A stretch of 64,000 nucleotides of DNA from Rhodospirillaceae bacterium (GCA_018701215.1 JABIWH010000012.1:3164-67163), one strand, 5' to 3'; shown: positions 10,047-20,089, numbered from the stretch's first letter. Numbers and translations are program-made. Notes: generated by a model from the sequence alone, not told the origin.

Positions 10047-10814
10047 CTAGGGCGCCGTCCAGCCGCCATCGACCATGATGGTGGTGCCGGTGATCAGGGC
10101 CGCCGCGGGCGAGGCCAGAAAGACCACCGCGCCCAACACATCCTCGATCTTGCCCAGCCGGCCCAGAGGGATCTTGCCCTGCAAATCGGCCACCACCGCC
10201 GGGTCCTTCAAACGTTCCGCCAGCATAGGCGTCGCGATGGCCGTAGGGCCGACGGCGACGACGCGGATATTCTTCGGGGCAAGCTCGACAGCGGTGGATT
10301 TGGTCAACCCTTCGATGAAATGCTTGGTGCCGGAGTAGATCGAGGCGCCCTGCCGGCCCACCTTGCCAAAGGTGGACGACAGATGAATGATTACACCGCC
10401 GCCCTGGCGGTCCATGATCCGGGCGGCGGCCTGAGCCACCAGAAACGCGGCCCGGATATTCAGATTGACCATCAGGTCGAGAGTTTCGATATCGGCCTCG
10501 AGGAAACCCATGGGCACATTGGTGCCGGCGTTGTTGACCAGAATATCCAGACGTTCCAGCCCGGCCATGGCCTCGGTCAAAGCCGCCTGATCTCCGACGT
10601 CGCAGGCCACTGCCCGGCCCTTGCCGCCCTTGGCCTCTATTTCGGCCACCACCGCCTCGACCTCGGCCCCGGTCCGGGCCATGGCGATTACCTCGGCGCC
10701 GGCTTCTGCCAAGGCCAAGGCACAGCCACGGCCAATGCCCCGGCCCGCGCCGGTGACCAGGGCCACCTGGCCATCAACCCGCATGGACGGCAGGACTGTG
10801 TTTACTTCGCTCAT
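10047..10814 (-). CDS. SDR family NAD(P)-dependent oxidoreductase
   Basis: TGAGRGIGRG Rossmann motif and NNAG motif in a classical 255-aa SDR. Confidence 0.9.
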   Translation of the reverse strand: MSEVNTVLPSMRVDGQVALVTGAGRGIGRGCALALAEAGAEVIAMARTGAEVEAVVAEIEAKGGKGRAVACDVGDQAALTEAMAGLERLDILVNNAGTNVPMGFLEADIETLDLMVNLNIRAAFLVAQAAARIMDRQGGGVIIHLSSTFGKVGRQGASIYSGTKHFIEGLTKSTAVELAPKNIRVVAVGPTAIATPMLAERLKDPAVVADLQGKIPLGRLGKIEDVLGAVVFLASPAAALITGTTIMVDGGWTAP

Positions 10815-10840
10815 TTTTCTGCTTCCCTATACGATCAGGC

Positions 10841-12538
10841 TTAGACGATCTCTGAAACCACCACGTTCAACAACACCTGGCGGCGTTCCTCACGCACCAT
10901 TTTCACGGCCCGGGCCAAGGCATCCTGTAATTTATCGGGATCGGTGACCCGTTCGCCATAGCCGCCGCAGGCCGCGATGATCTGCTCATAATCCGGTGCC
11001 GGGTCCAGGCGCGAGAGCGGAATATCGTTGCCGCCCAGGGCCCTGCCGTCGGGATACATTGCCTTGGTGGCCCGGCGCACCGCGCCCCAACCATGATTGT
11101 TGACGACAATGTAGAGGATCGGCAAGTCATAGGCCCGGCCGCAGTAATGCGCCGCCATGGGGTTGCCAAAGAAATACGAGCCATCACCGATGGTGGCAAT
11201 GATCAGATCGTCGGGCGCCGCCAGCTTGGCGCCAAGTGCTGCGCCCAGACCCCAACCCAGGCCGCCCGCCGGGCTCGGCCCGAAATAGCGGCCAGGCTGG
11301 TTGATGCCCGCATGTTGCGGCACCACGCCCATTTCATTGACCAGAATGGCGTCATCGCCCAGATGTTCGCCCACGCACTGGGCCAGCCAGGCGGGATGGA
11401 TGGGATCAGCGGTGCGGGCGTTATCGCGGATGCCTTGCCATTTATCGCGCACGGCCTGGCGTGCCGTCGCCACGGTCTCGCGCCGGATGTCGATTTTACC
11501 TGTATCGCTCCCCGCCATGGCTTCCGCCAGCAGCGGCAGCGCCGCCTTCGCGTCCGCCGCGATCGACAAAGCGGATGGAAAGCCACGGATGGGATAGCGG
11601 CTGAACAACGGATCAGGCGCCAGGTGGATCACTTTGGCGTTTGGGTGCACGGGATCGGTCGCGGGGATCCAGGGTACATCGCAATCCAAGACCAGGACCG
11701 CATCCGCCTTCGCCAAATGTGGCGAGGCCTCGTAATCCAGATGCATGGGATGGTCATTGCCCAGGCAGAGATAGCGGGGCACATGGGTGATAACGGGAAT
11801 GGCGTAGCGTTCCACCAACTCGGCCAGATGCCCCGCGGCCTTGGTGGACTTGCCCACATCCGCCGTAATGATCAGCGGATTGTCCGCCGCCATCAGTATT
11901 TCGGCGGCCTGGGCGATTTGCTCCGGATCGGGGTGGGCGACGCCGGTGGCCGCGGCCCGGCGCGGCGCCAGGGACGGCGTCGCCGGCGCGGCCAGGACCT
12001 CGCGCGGAATGGACAGATACACGGGCCCCGGAATATCGGATTCACAAATGGTGATGGCCCGATCCAGGACGATATCGACCTCCGCCGGGGCGCGCAGCTC
12101 ATAGTCCCATTTAACCAGCTCGCGCAGCATGCCGGCCTGATCGAACATTTCCTGGGCCCAATGAATATGCCGGCTGCGCGTGCCCTCCGCCAAGGGCGCA
12201 TGTTCCGACCATGGCGTCCGGCCGGCCATCAACAATATCGGCACGTTGGTACGGTAAGCATTGGTCAGACCGCAAATGGCATTCGAGGTGCCCACGTTGA
12301 CATGCAGCATCACCGCCAGGGGCTTGCCCTTGATCATGGCATAGCCGTGCGCCATGGCGATGGCGACATTCTCGTGCGGCACAACAAGCGGTTGCGGCCC
12401 GTCACTGCGGTCTCCGGCTTGCGCTATGGCTTCGATAATCGGTGGGAAATCGGTGCCCGCATTGGCCAGAAAATATTCGATGCCCGCCGCCTGCAAGCGT
12501 GCCAGTACCGCATGGCCGACATTTGTTTGATCGCTCAT
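10841..12538 (-). CDS. thiamine-diphosphate-dependent enzyme (acetolactate synthase / benzoylformate decarboxylase-like)
   Basis: 565 aa with TPP_enzyme N, M and C domains, including the ThDP-binding GDGS...N region (ATIGDGSYFFGNPMAAHY...VVNNHGWG). Confidence 0.85.
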   Translation of the reverse strand: MSDQTNVGHAVLARLQAAGIEYFLANAGTDFPPIIEAIAQAGDRSDGPQPLVVPHENVAIAMAHGYAMIKGKPLAVMLHVNVGTSNAICGLTNAYRTNVPILLMAGRTPWSEHAPLAEGTRSRHIHWAQEMFDQAGMLRELVKWDYELRAPAEVDIVLDRAITICESDIPGPVYLSIPREVLAAPATPSLAPRRAAATGVAHPDPEQIAQAAEILMAADNPLIITADVGKSTKAAGHLAELVERYAIPVITHVPRYLCLGNDHPMHLDYEASPHLAKADAVLVLDCDVPWIPATDPVHPNAKVIHLAPDPLFSRYPIRGFPSALSIAADAKAALPLLAEAMAGSDTGKIDIRRETVATARQAVRDKWQGIRDNARTADPIHPAWLAQCVGEHLGDDAILVNEMGVVPQHAGINQPGRYFGPSPAGGLGWGLGAALGAKLAAPDDLIIATIGDGSYFFGNPMAAHYCGRAYDLPILYIVVNNHGWGAVRRATKAMYPDGRALGGNDIPLSRLDPAPDYEQIIAACGGYGERVTDPDKLQDALARAVKMVREERRQVLLNVVVSEIV

Positions 12539-12555
12539 TGTCCGCTTCCCCTACT

Positions 12556-13971
12556 TTATTCGTTTGCAATTATCGCCGTGGCGGCGCTTGCATCATCCAG
12601 CACCGCGTCCAAGTCTACATCGCCCGCGCCGGGCACCTTGATCACCGTAAAGGTGAAATCATCCGCCGCCAGGGGAATGGTCGCATCCAGGCCCATCTTG
12701 GCACCGACGCCTCCGTCCGTGGTGGTCGGGTCCAACTTGGAGGCTTGGGTATTGTTGACCACCAGCAAATCCTGATCCGCCTGAAAGCGCGTTGCGATGG
12801 CCCATTCCACCGCCTCGCCATCATGAATATTGACGTCCTTGTCAACCACGACCACCTGCTTGATATCGTAGTGGGCGGCGAAGGCACCCATCATGATATT
12901 CTTGGCCTGGCCTTCCTGCTTCTTGTCGATCTTGACCACCAGATGATAGCGGCAGATGCCGCCGCGTGAGAGATGCACGTCCAGCACGGCTGGGTCATGG
13001 CGCTGCAGGGATTCCAATATGGTCGCCTCGCGCGGCAGGCCGCCCAGCAGCAGATGCTCCATGCCGCCGCCGACGATGGTGTGGAAAATCGCGCCTTCCC
13101 GGTGCGTGATTGTATCAACCTGGATCACATGGCGGTTGGCGCGGCGGCCGTAATATTGCGGGAACTCGCCGAACGGCCCCTCGGGTTCGGCCACGCCGGG
13201 CAGCACCCGGCCTTCCAGAACGATTTCCGCATGCGCCGGCACCCGAACGTTATTGGTTTTGCATTTGACCATTTCCACCGGTGCGCCGTGCAGGGCGCCA
13301 ACGATTTCCATTTCGTCAAAATCCATGGGCACGATGGCCTGGCTGGCCAATAGAGACGCGGGATCGACGCCGATCACGATGGCGACTTCCAGGGCCTGGC
13401 CGGCTTCCTCGGCCATTTGGCTGTAGGTCCAGGTATGGCGCGGCAACAACAGGACGCCGATGCGGTCCTTGCCGCTGATCTGGCAGCGGTGGATGGAGAC
13501 GTTCTGGATACCGTTCTTAGGATTGCGGGAAATCATCAGGCCGGCCGCGATATATGGCCCACTGTCCAATTCGTTGTGCGTGGGCACGGGCAATTGGCCG
13601 TTAATATCGACGTCTGTGTGCACCACCGCCTGTACCGGAGCGTCCTCGACCTCGACCCAAGGCAGCGGATTACGCACCGCATCCTGATAGCGCGCGATCA
13701 GGTCATCTTCGGATACGCCAAGACAATCACCGATCCATTTGCGCGAGGCCAACAGATTGGCGGCCACGGGTATCTCGTGGCCGTCGGGTTTGGGAAAGAG
13801 CACCGCCTTGTCCAGTTCCAGCTGATCGGAGACCGCGGCCAGTTCATGCACAAGGCCCACACCCGGTTTGGCCACCGCCAGACGGTCGGTGGCGGCAAGA
13901 TGGGTCAGCCATTCGCGCAGATTCTTGCTGCAATGATTGGCTGATGGTGCCGGGGCTTTTTCGGCGGTCAT
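12556..13971 (-). CDS. UbiD-family (prFMN-dependent) decarboxylase
   Basis: 471 aa with UbiD family signatures throughout (the central E...HxxG..E region and the C-terminal VVVVDKDVNIHD). No ubiX-like partner is present in the window. Confidence 0.85.
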   Translation of the reverse strand: MTAEKAPAPSANHCSKNLREWLTHLAATDRLAVAKPGVGLVHELAAVSDQLELDKAVLFPKPDGHEIPVAANLLASRKWIGDCLGVSEDDLIARYQDAVRNPLPWVEVEDAPVQAVVHTDVDINGQLPVPTHNELDSGPYIAAGLMISRNPKNGIQNVSIHRCQISGKDRIGVLLLPRHTWTYSQMAEEAGQALEVAIVIGVDPASLLASQAIVPMDFDEMEIVGALHGAPVEMVKCKTNNVRVPAHAEIVLEGRVLPGVAEPEGPFGEFPQYYGRRANRHVIQVDTITHREGAIFHTIVGGGMEHLLLGGLPREATILESLQRHDPAVLDVHLSRGGICRYHLVVKIDKKQEGQAKNIMMGAFAAHYDIKQVVVVDKDVNIHDGEAVEWAIATRFQADQDLLVVNNTQASKLDPTTTDGGVGAKMGLDATIPLAADDFTFTVIKVPGAGDVDLDAVLDDASAATAIIANE

Positions 13972-13977
13972 AAGAGG

Positions 13978-14403
13978 CTATGCCTCAACTACATTGAAGG
14001 CGGGATAGGCGGTCTCGTCGTTGACGGCATCCCAGGCCAGTTCGACCCGCTGGCCGATGGCAACTTTATCAGGCGCCATGTTCAGGACGTTGCCAAGAAT
14101 GCGCACGCCTTCGTCCAGCTCCACCGTCACCACGGATAGCGGCAGGCGGCCCTCCATGCTGGGACCCGGCACCCGTACGATGGTGCAGGCATAGATCGTC
14201 CCCGTGCCCGCGACCTTGCGCCATTCCAGATTACGCTTGCCGGTATAAAGACTGATGGGCCGGGGATAATGCTGGAACTGCTTCGTATCCGGGCAATACT
14301 GCATCATCAATTGGCCGTCCTTGGTGCCCTGCCAGAAGGCATTGGTATCGACGAAACGGTTGGGCTTCGGCGTCGGGCGGGGTTTGATTTGTTCTTCTGA
14401 CAT
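13978..14403 (-). CDS. Zn-ribbon/OB-fold protein (DUF35), thiolase partner subunit
   Basis: 141 aa with a Cys/His zinc ribbon (YCPDTKQFQHYPRP...C) and an OB-fold. It sits immediately downstream of an SCP-x-type thiolase, as in BbsAB/Ltp2-ChsH2. Confidence 0.8.
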   Translation of the reverse strand: MSEEQIKPRPTPKPNRFVDTNAFWQGTKDGQLMMQYCPDTKQFQHYPRPISLYTGKRNLEWRKVAGTGTIYACTIVRVPGPSMEGRLPLSVVTVELDEGVRILGNVLNMAPDKVAIGQRVELAWDAVNDETAYPAFNVVEA

Positions 14404-14404
14404 C

Positions 14405-15556
14405 CTAAGCCTCCAAAATCATCGCGGTGGATGTGCCCCAGTTTCGGGCGTAGGGAATGACGCCGATCCCGGTGACCAGGGCGTTTTGCGTATTGGCGAC
14501 CTGGCGTTGGCCCGCCTCGCCGAACATTTGGCGCACTGCTTCTGCCAGGTTCAGACCGCCGCTGGCCAAACCTGGCTGTCCCGCCGAAAGCTGCCCGCCA
14601 CCCGTATTCAGCGGCAGATCGCCCTTGCACGATAGATCCGTCGCCATGACATAGTCGCTGCCCTTGCCCTTTTCGCAGAAGCCGAAGTCTTCCATCTGCA
14701 TCATCACCGCGATGGTGAAATCATCGTAGGGTTGGAAGCTGCCGATATCGCCCGGCTTCAGACCGGATTTCTCGAACACCTTGGGCGCCAGCACGCTAAA
14801 GCCGGTCTCGGTGACATCCGCCACCGGGTCGGCACCCTTGAAGTTGGTCACTTCGGCATAGGCCGTGGGGCGGACCATTTTCTCGATACCCAGTTCCCTG
14901 GCCTTGGCCTCGGAGGTGACCAGAAAGGCATTGCCGCCGTCGCAGAACATCACGCAATCCAGCAGCCGTAACGGATCAGCGATCATGCGGGAGTTCATAT
15001 AGTCGTCCACCGTGATCGGCTTTTTCAATTTTTCAAAGGCGTTGTCGTTCATCAGACCGCCTTGCCGCTGGGCAATGGCGATCTTGGCCAAGGCCTCGTA
15101 GTTCAGGCCGTATTGATGTTCATAGCGGCTCATCAACAGACCAAAGGCCGAGGGCGGGCCCAGAACACCCACCGGATCCTGAAACTCACCGCGCCAGGCG
15201 CCGTAATTGGCGCCCCAGTTGGTGCTGGGGGCATCCGCCGACAGCACCACCGCAACCTCGCATTGCCCTTCGCGGATCGCAGCCATGGCGCGGGCCACAC
15301 CCCCCGTGGCGGAACAACCACCCATGCCGCCGTAATTCAGCCAGGTCGGCGACAGGCCCAGGGCCTCGGTCATGTAGAAGGCAAAGAACGGATTGGCGCA
15401 TTCACTCAGCGGTACGGTGACCGACAGGCCGTCGACCCGCGCTATGTCCACGCCGGTTGATGCCAGCAATGCGGCAAACGCTTCACCCGCGAAATCATAG
15501 GCGCTGCGCCCGCTGCGAAATTCCACCGCCGTTTCCGAATAGCCGGCGATGACCAT
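14405..15556 (-). CDS. thiolase-like protein (SCP-x/Ltp type)
   Basis: Thiolase N- and C-terminal domains. The track ORF is trimmed from 16372 to the ATG at 15556 (MVIAGYSETAV...), which is where similarity to the paralog at 48806 begins. Confidence 0.8.
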   Translation of the reverse strand: MVIAGYSETAVEFRSGRSAYDFAGEAFAALLASTGVDIARVDGLSVTVPLSECANPFFAFYMTEALGLSPTWLNYGGMGGCSATGGVARAMAAIREGQCEVAVVLSADAPSTNWGANYGAWRGEFQDPVGVLGPPSAFGLLMSRYEHQYGLNYEALAKIAIAQRQGGLMNDNAFEKLKKPITVDDYMNSRMIADPLRLLDCVMFCDGGNAFLVTSEAKARELGIEKMVRPTAYAEVTNFKGADPVADVTETGFSVLAPKVFEKSGLKPGDIGSFQPYDDFTIAVMMQMEDFGFCEKGKGSDYVMATDLSCKGDLPLNTGGGQLSAGQPGLASGGLNLAEAVRQMFGEAGQRQVANTQNALVTGIGVIPYARNWGTSTAMILEA

Positions 15557-15676
15557 ATTCTCGTCTGACAAGTTCCGCTCCTCCGTAAATTTTCTTCTCT
15601 TACTGTTGCCCTGATTGTAGCCGCGCTTTGCGTTCCATGAATAGCCCGTGATACCGTAATACCTACAGGACCCCAC

Positions 15677-18451
15677 ATGAGGATGCGTCGCATGACCGAT
15701 ATCAAACCAGAAACCAAGCCAGGAACAAAAAAGGTCCCGACCTATTGTTTCCAGTGCGTTTCGGGACCGGATCTGATCAAGGTCGAGGTCGAGGATGGCG
15801 TCGCGGTGCGGATCGAACCGAACCTGAATATTTGCGGCCAGCATCCAGGCCAGGGCACGCCGTGCGTCAAGGCCTATGGCCTGGTGCAGAAAACCTATAA
15901 TCCGAACCGGGTGCAACAGCCCATGAAGCGGACCAACCCCAAGAAGGGCCGCGACGAAGACCCCGGCTTCGTACCGATCAGTTGGGACGAGGCGTTGGAT
16001 ACGGTAGCCGCTAAGATGAAGGAAATCCGTGCCAAGGGGCTGAAGGACAATTCCGGCTATCCGCGCCTGGCGGTCAGTTTCGGCGGCGGCGGCACACCAA
16101 CCCGGTTCATGGGCAGTTTCCCCGCCGTACTCGCCGCCTGGGGGCCGGCGGATCTGGGTTTTGGCGCCGGCCAGGGGGTGAAATGCTACCACTCGGAACA
16201 TCTGTATGGGGAATTGTGGCAGCGGGCCTTTACCCTGGAGGTCGACAGCCCGTACTGCGAATACGTCATCAACTGCGGCAAGAATGTCGATGCTTCCGGT
16301 GGCGCCACGGGCGTTAGGCGTGGTGCGGAGGCACGCCGGCGTGGTTTGAAGCGCGTCATGGTGGAGCCACATCTGTCCGTGACAGGCGCCATGTCTGCCG
16401 AATGGGTGCCCATCAAGGCCAAGACCGATGCCGCGTTTCTATTTGCGGTCATTCACCGCATCATCAAGGAACGTGACTGGGCCGAGGTTTGCGACGTCCG
16501 TTTTCTGAAAGAAGATACAACTTCGCCCTATCTGGTGGGGCCGAACGGCTATTACATGCGCGAACCCAGCACGGAAAAGCCATTGATCTGGGATCTGGCC
16601 GACGGCCAGGCCAAGCCGTTCGATGCCAATATCCAAGACCCGGCCCTGGACGGCAGCTTCAAGGTCACGGGATTGGAAATAGGCGCCGACGATGAAGTCT
16701 GGCGCCATGATGGTGTCGAAGTGAAGCCGGCCTTCCAGGTACTGCTGGATCATATGGAGGAATACACCCCCGATTGGGCCGAGGCCGAATGCGATGTGCC
16801 GGCGGAAACCATCCGCCGCGTGGGTGACGAGTTCGTGGCCCACGCCCGCGTCGGCGAATTCATCGAGATCGAGGGCGAGATGCTGCCCCTGCGTCCCGTA
16901 GGCGTGGCCCTGGGCAAAAGCGTCAACAACGGGCCGGGCGGCTATCACGCGGTCTGGGCCCGGACTTTGTTGAGCGTCCTGGTTGGTGCCATCGAAGTTC
17001 CCGGTTCGAACCTGGGCACGAAAGTGCGTCTGAACCGGCCCGCCAACAACAAGCATCTAAGTGCGGTATCCAGCCGTGACGGCATCATGGACTTCCCCTT
17101 CAACGATACCTCGAAAGAAGGCTGGTCCTCCCAACCGAAAATCCGCAACGGCTATAACTCCCTGGTGCCGCTGTCCTCGTCCTCGCCCTGGGCGCCGGCC
17201 TTGGGCCCGGCCCATCTACCCTGGCTGTTCCAAAAGAAGGCGCCGGATAATTGGCCGCGTCCGACGCTGCCCGATATGTGGATCTGCTACCGCACCAACC
17301 CCGCCATTTCGTCCTGGAACGCGCCTGAAGTCGCCGAACGTATCGCGGAATTTCCCTTCACGCTGTCGTTTGCCTACACCCGGGACGAGACCAATCATAT
17401 GGCGGATATTGTGCTGCCGGAGGCAACGGATCTGGAAAGCCTGCAGCTCAGCCGTATCGGCGGTACCGGCTCGGGCGAACAGTTCTGGAAGCATCAAGGC
17501 TGGATGATCCGCCAGCCGGCGGTGGAACCCGTGGTCGACGCCATGGACATGACCGATATCGCCACCGAGATCTGCCAGCGCGTCGGCATCCTGGGCGAAT
17601 ACAACATGGCCATCAACAAGGGTGCGGCGGGCATGAAGCTGGCCAACAACCAGTTCGACTACAGCCTGGAGCCGGACGTGGCCTATGGGGTGGAGGAGAT
17701 CTGGGATCGCGTGGCGAAAGCCGCCAGCCACGATCTGAGCAACGGCGAGGAAGTCCACGACCTGGCCTGGTTCAAGGAAAACGGCTACATGCTGCGCGAT
17801 TTCGCCCAGCGCGAATGGTACCTCTACCCTTATATGAAGGAGCGTGGCATTCGTTTCGAGCTGCCGTATCAAGAGCGCATCAAACGCCATGGGGTGCAAC
17901 TGGCAAACCGCCTGCACGAGGTTGGCGTGGAATGGTGGGACGGCCAGTTGGAGGATTATGATCCCCTGCCGAAATACGAATCCTTCCCCGATATCTGGAC
18001 CAACTATGTCCGCGAAATGGGTAAGGAGCCCGACGACTATCCCTTCTGGGCCCTGACCGCGCGCAGCATGCAATACGCCTGGGGCGCCAACGTGGGCATC
18101 CCGCTGATCTATGAAGTGGCGGAGAATGTCGCCGGCCATTCAGGCATCATCATGAATATGCAATCGGCGCAGAAAATGGGCATCAACCAGGGCGACCCGG
18201 TGGTGATCGAATCCGCTACCGGCATCACCCATGGCAACGCCGTGCTGCGCCACGGCATCCGCCCGGACACGGTGTTGATGATTGGCCAGTTCGATCATTG
18301 GGCAACGCCCTTCGCCAAGGATCTGAACCTGCCCAGCCTGAATTCGGTGACGGATATCGCGTTGTCCCTGACCGATGGCACGGGCAGTGGGTCGGACATA
18401 GTGCGGGTGAAGATCAGCAAGGATCTTAGATTGCGGAGAACCGGCTCGTGA
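15677..18451 (+). CDS. molybdopterin-dependent oxidoreductase, catalytic subunit (DMSO reductase family), cytoplasmic
   Basis: 924 aa with molybdopterin oxidoreductase domains. It has an N-terminal Cys cluster with atypical spacing, Cx2Cx25Cx10C, and no twin-arginine signal. An alternative start at 15692 has a GAGG RBS. Confidence 0.85.
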   Translation: MRMRRMTDIKPETKPGTKKVPTYCFQCVSGPDLIKVEVEDGVAVRIEPNLNICGQHPGQGTPCVKAYGLVQKTYNPNRVQQPMKRTNPKKGRDEDPGFVPISWDEALDTVAAKMKEIRAKGLKDNSGYPRLAVSFGGGGTPTRFMGSFPAVLAAWGPADLGFGAGQGVKCYHSEHLYGELWQRAFTLEVDSPYCEYVINCGKNVDASGGATGVRRGAEARRRGLKRVMVEPHLSVTGAMSAEWVPIKAKTDAAFLFAVIHRIIKERDWAEVCDVRFLKEDTTSPYLVGPNGYYMREPSTEKPLIWDLADGQAKPFDANIQDPALDGSFKVTGLEIGADDEVWRHDGVEVKPAFQVLLDHMEEYTPDWAEAECDVPAETIRRVGDEFVAHARVGEFIEIEGEMLPLRPVGVALGKSVNNGPGGYHAVWARTLLSVLVGAIEVPGSNLGTKVRLNRPANNKHLSAVSSRDGIMDFPFNDTSKEGWSSQPKIRNGYNSLVPLSSSSPWAPALGPAHLPWLFQKKAPDNWPRPTLPDMWICYRTNPAISSWNAPEVAERIAEFPFTLSFAYTRDETNHMADIVLPEATDLESLQLSRIGGTGSGEQFWKHQGWMIRQPAVEPVVDAMDMTDIATEICQRVGILGEYNMAINKGAAGMKLANNQFDYSLEPDVAYGVEEIWDRVAKAASHDLSNGEEVHDLAWFKENGYMLRDFAQREWYLYPYMKERGIRFELPYQERIKRHGVQLANRLHEVGVEWWDGQLEDYDPLPKYESFPDIWTNYVREMGKEPDDYPFWALTARSMQYAWGANVGIPLIYEVAENVAGHSGIIMNMQSAQKMGINQGDPVVIESATGITHGNAVLRHGIRPDTVLMIGQFDHWATPFAKDLNLPSLNSVTDIALSLTDGTGSGSDIVRVKISKDLRLRRTGS

Positions 18452-20061
18452 ACGATCTATCCAGTAAGCGTTTCGGTATGGTGATCGACCTGAACAGCTG
18501 TGTCGGCTGTCAGACCTGCACTATTGCCTGCAAGCATGCCAACGACACTCCGCCCGGCGTACAATGGCGCCGGGTGATCGATGTGGAATTGGGCACCTTC
18601 CCCAACGTGGAACGCCTGTTCATGGTCACCGGCTGTCAGCATTGCGCCGAGCCGTCCTGCGTGCCGGTCTGCCCCACGGGTGCGACCAAGCAACGGGCCG
18701 ACGGCCTGGTCACCATGGACTACGACCTGTGCATCGGCTGCGGCTATTGCGCCGTCGCCTGTCCCTATCAGGCCCGCACCATCGCACACGAGCAAAACTG
18801 GTACTACGGCCAGCCGACGTTGCAGGAAGCCAAGGTGGCCCATGACGACCGCATCGGCGTCGCCATGAAATGCACCTTTTGTGTGGAGCGCGTGGATAGC
18901 GGCCTGGCAAACGGCCTGACGCCCGGCGTGGACCCTGACGCGACGCCCGCCTGCGCCAGTTCATGTATCGCGACGGCGATCCATTTTGGCGATTTCAACG
19001 ATCCCGACAGCAACGTCAGCCAACTGAGCAACGAAGACAACAGCGTTCAGATGCATGCGGAGCTGGGCAATGATCCCGGCATCAAATACCTCTACGGCCT
19101 GCCTAATTCCATGCCGGGGCGGGAACGCACGGCGGACGACGTGGACGAGCTGGCCTTGCAGGACCCCGCCAATCCGTTGGTGGGCAAGGTACAGAAATTT
19201 TGGGACATGCGCGCGGCGATGAATTTTATCCTGGGCGGCATGAGCACGGGCCTGATCATCTCGGCCTGGCTGGCCTATCTGATGGGCGGCATATCGGAAA
19301 GCGCCCTGGTCGGCGTCAATGTGGTGGCCGGCGTGGGCATGGCCGCGGGTTTGTTCTTCGTGTTTTTGGAGATCGCCCGCAAGCTGCGCTTCCTCAATGT
19401 GTTGCTGCGCCCGCAGACGTCCTGGATGACGCGGGAGACCTATGTGGTGGCGCTGTTCTATCCCACCCTGCTGCTGGATCTGCTCTGGCCCAGCGGTGTC
19501 CTGCATCTGTTGCTGGTCATCGAAGCGGCCGCATTCCTCTATTGCCAGGCCCGCATTCTGCCGGCAGGCAAGGGCATCCCCGCCTGGCGCGCGCCGTTGA
19601 TGCCCTGGATGCTGATCGCCACGGGTTTGCTGGAGGGCACGGGCCTGCTAGCTATTTCCGCCACCCTGCATCCAGCGATGCATTCCGTTGCCCCCCTGGC
19701 GGCGGGCATGGGCGGCGCCCTGGCCGTGATCAATGCCATCCTGTGGCGCAACTACATTGCCAACGCGGCCAGCAACGGCATCGGCCCCCTGCCCCGCAAG
19801 GCCCTGGGCGCCATCAACCTACCCCTGCGCCTGATTGGCCACGCCCTGCCCTTGCTGGGCTTCGCCGCCTTCCTCGGCCTATGGCCCACGCAACCCCTGG
19901 TCGCCACGTTGGCGGGCCTGGGCGCCGTGGTCGGCGGCATCATGTGGAAAATCACGGTGATCACCAAAGCCAGCCATCAGCAAGGTTTCAATCTATCAAA
20001 AGTACCGCAGCGCGGTTCCGGCACACGCGCCGCGCCGGCCAGGATGGGCACGACGGCATAG
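18448..20061 (+). CDS. 4Fe-4S ferredoxin-type electron-transfer subunit fused to NrfD/DmsC-like integral-membrane anchor
   Basis: The N-terminal ~250 aa carry four CxxCxxCxxxCP clusters (DmsB/PsrB-like). The C-terminal ~280 aa form about eight hydrophobic helices. The GTG start overlaps the alpha-subunit stop (GTGA). Confidence 0.8.
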   Translation: MNDLSSKRFGMVIDLNSCVGCQTCTIACKHANDTPPGVQWRRVIDVELGTFPNVERLFMVTGCQHCAEPSCVPVCPTGATKQRADGLVTMDYDLCIGCGYCAVACPYQARTIAHEQNWYYGQPTLQEAKVAHDDRIGVAMKCTFCVERVDSGLANGLTPGVDPDATPACASSCIATAIHFGDFNDPDSNVSQLSNEDNSVQMHAELGNDPGIKYLYGLPNSMPGRERTADDVDELALQDPANPLVGKVQKFWDMRAAMNFILGGMSTGLIISAWLAYLMGGISESALVGVNVVAGVGMAAGLFFVFLEIARKLRFLNVLLRPQTSWMTRETYVVALFYPTLLLDLLWPSGVLHLLLVIEAAAFLYCQARILPAGKGIPAWRAPLMPWMLIATGLLEGTGLLAISATLHPAMHSVAPLAAGMGGALAVINAILWRNYIANAASNGIGPLPRKALGAINLPLRLIGHALPLLGFAAFLGLWPTQPLVATLAGLGAVVGGIMWKITVITKASHQQGFNLSKVPQRGSGTRAAPARMGTTA

Positions 20062-20089
20062 GTTCGGGCATGGCGACAGTCGGGGTCTG

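Noticed and set aside
14405-16372. 655-aa version of the thiolase ORF extending 270 codons upstream of MVIAGYS...
   Set aside because: The N-terminal 270 residues have no thiolase similarity and are Arg/Pro-rich. They overlap the divergent promoter of the Mo-enzyme operon. The paralog at 48806 starts at the equivalent position.
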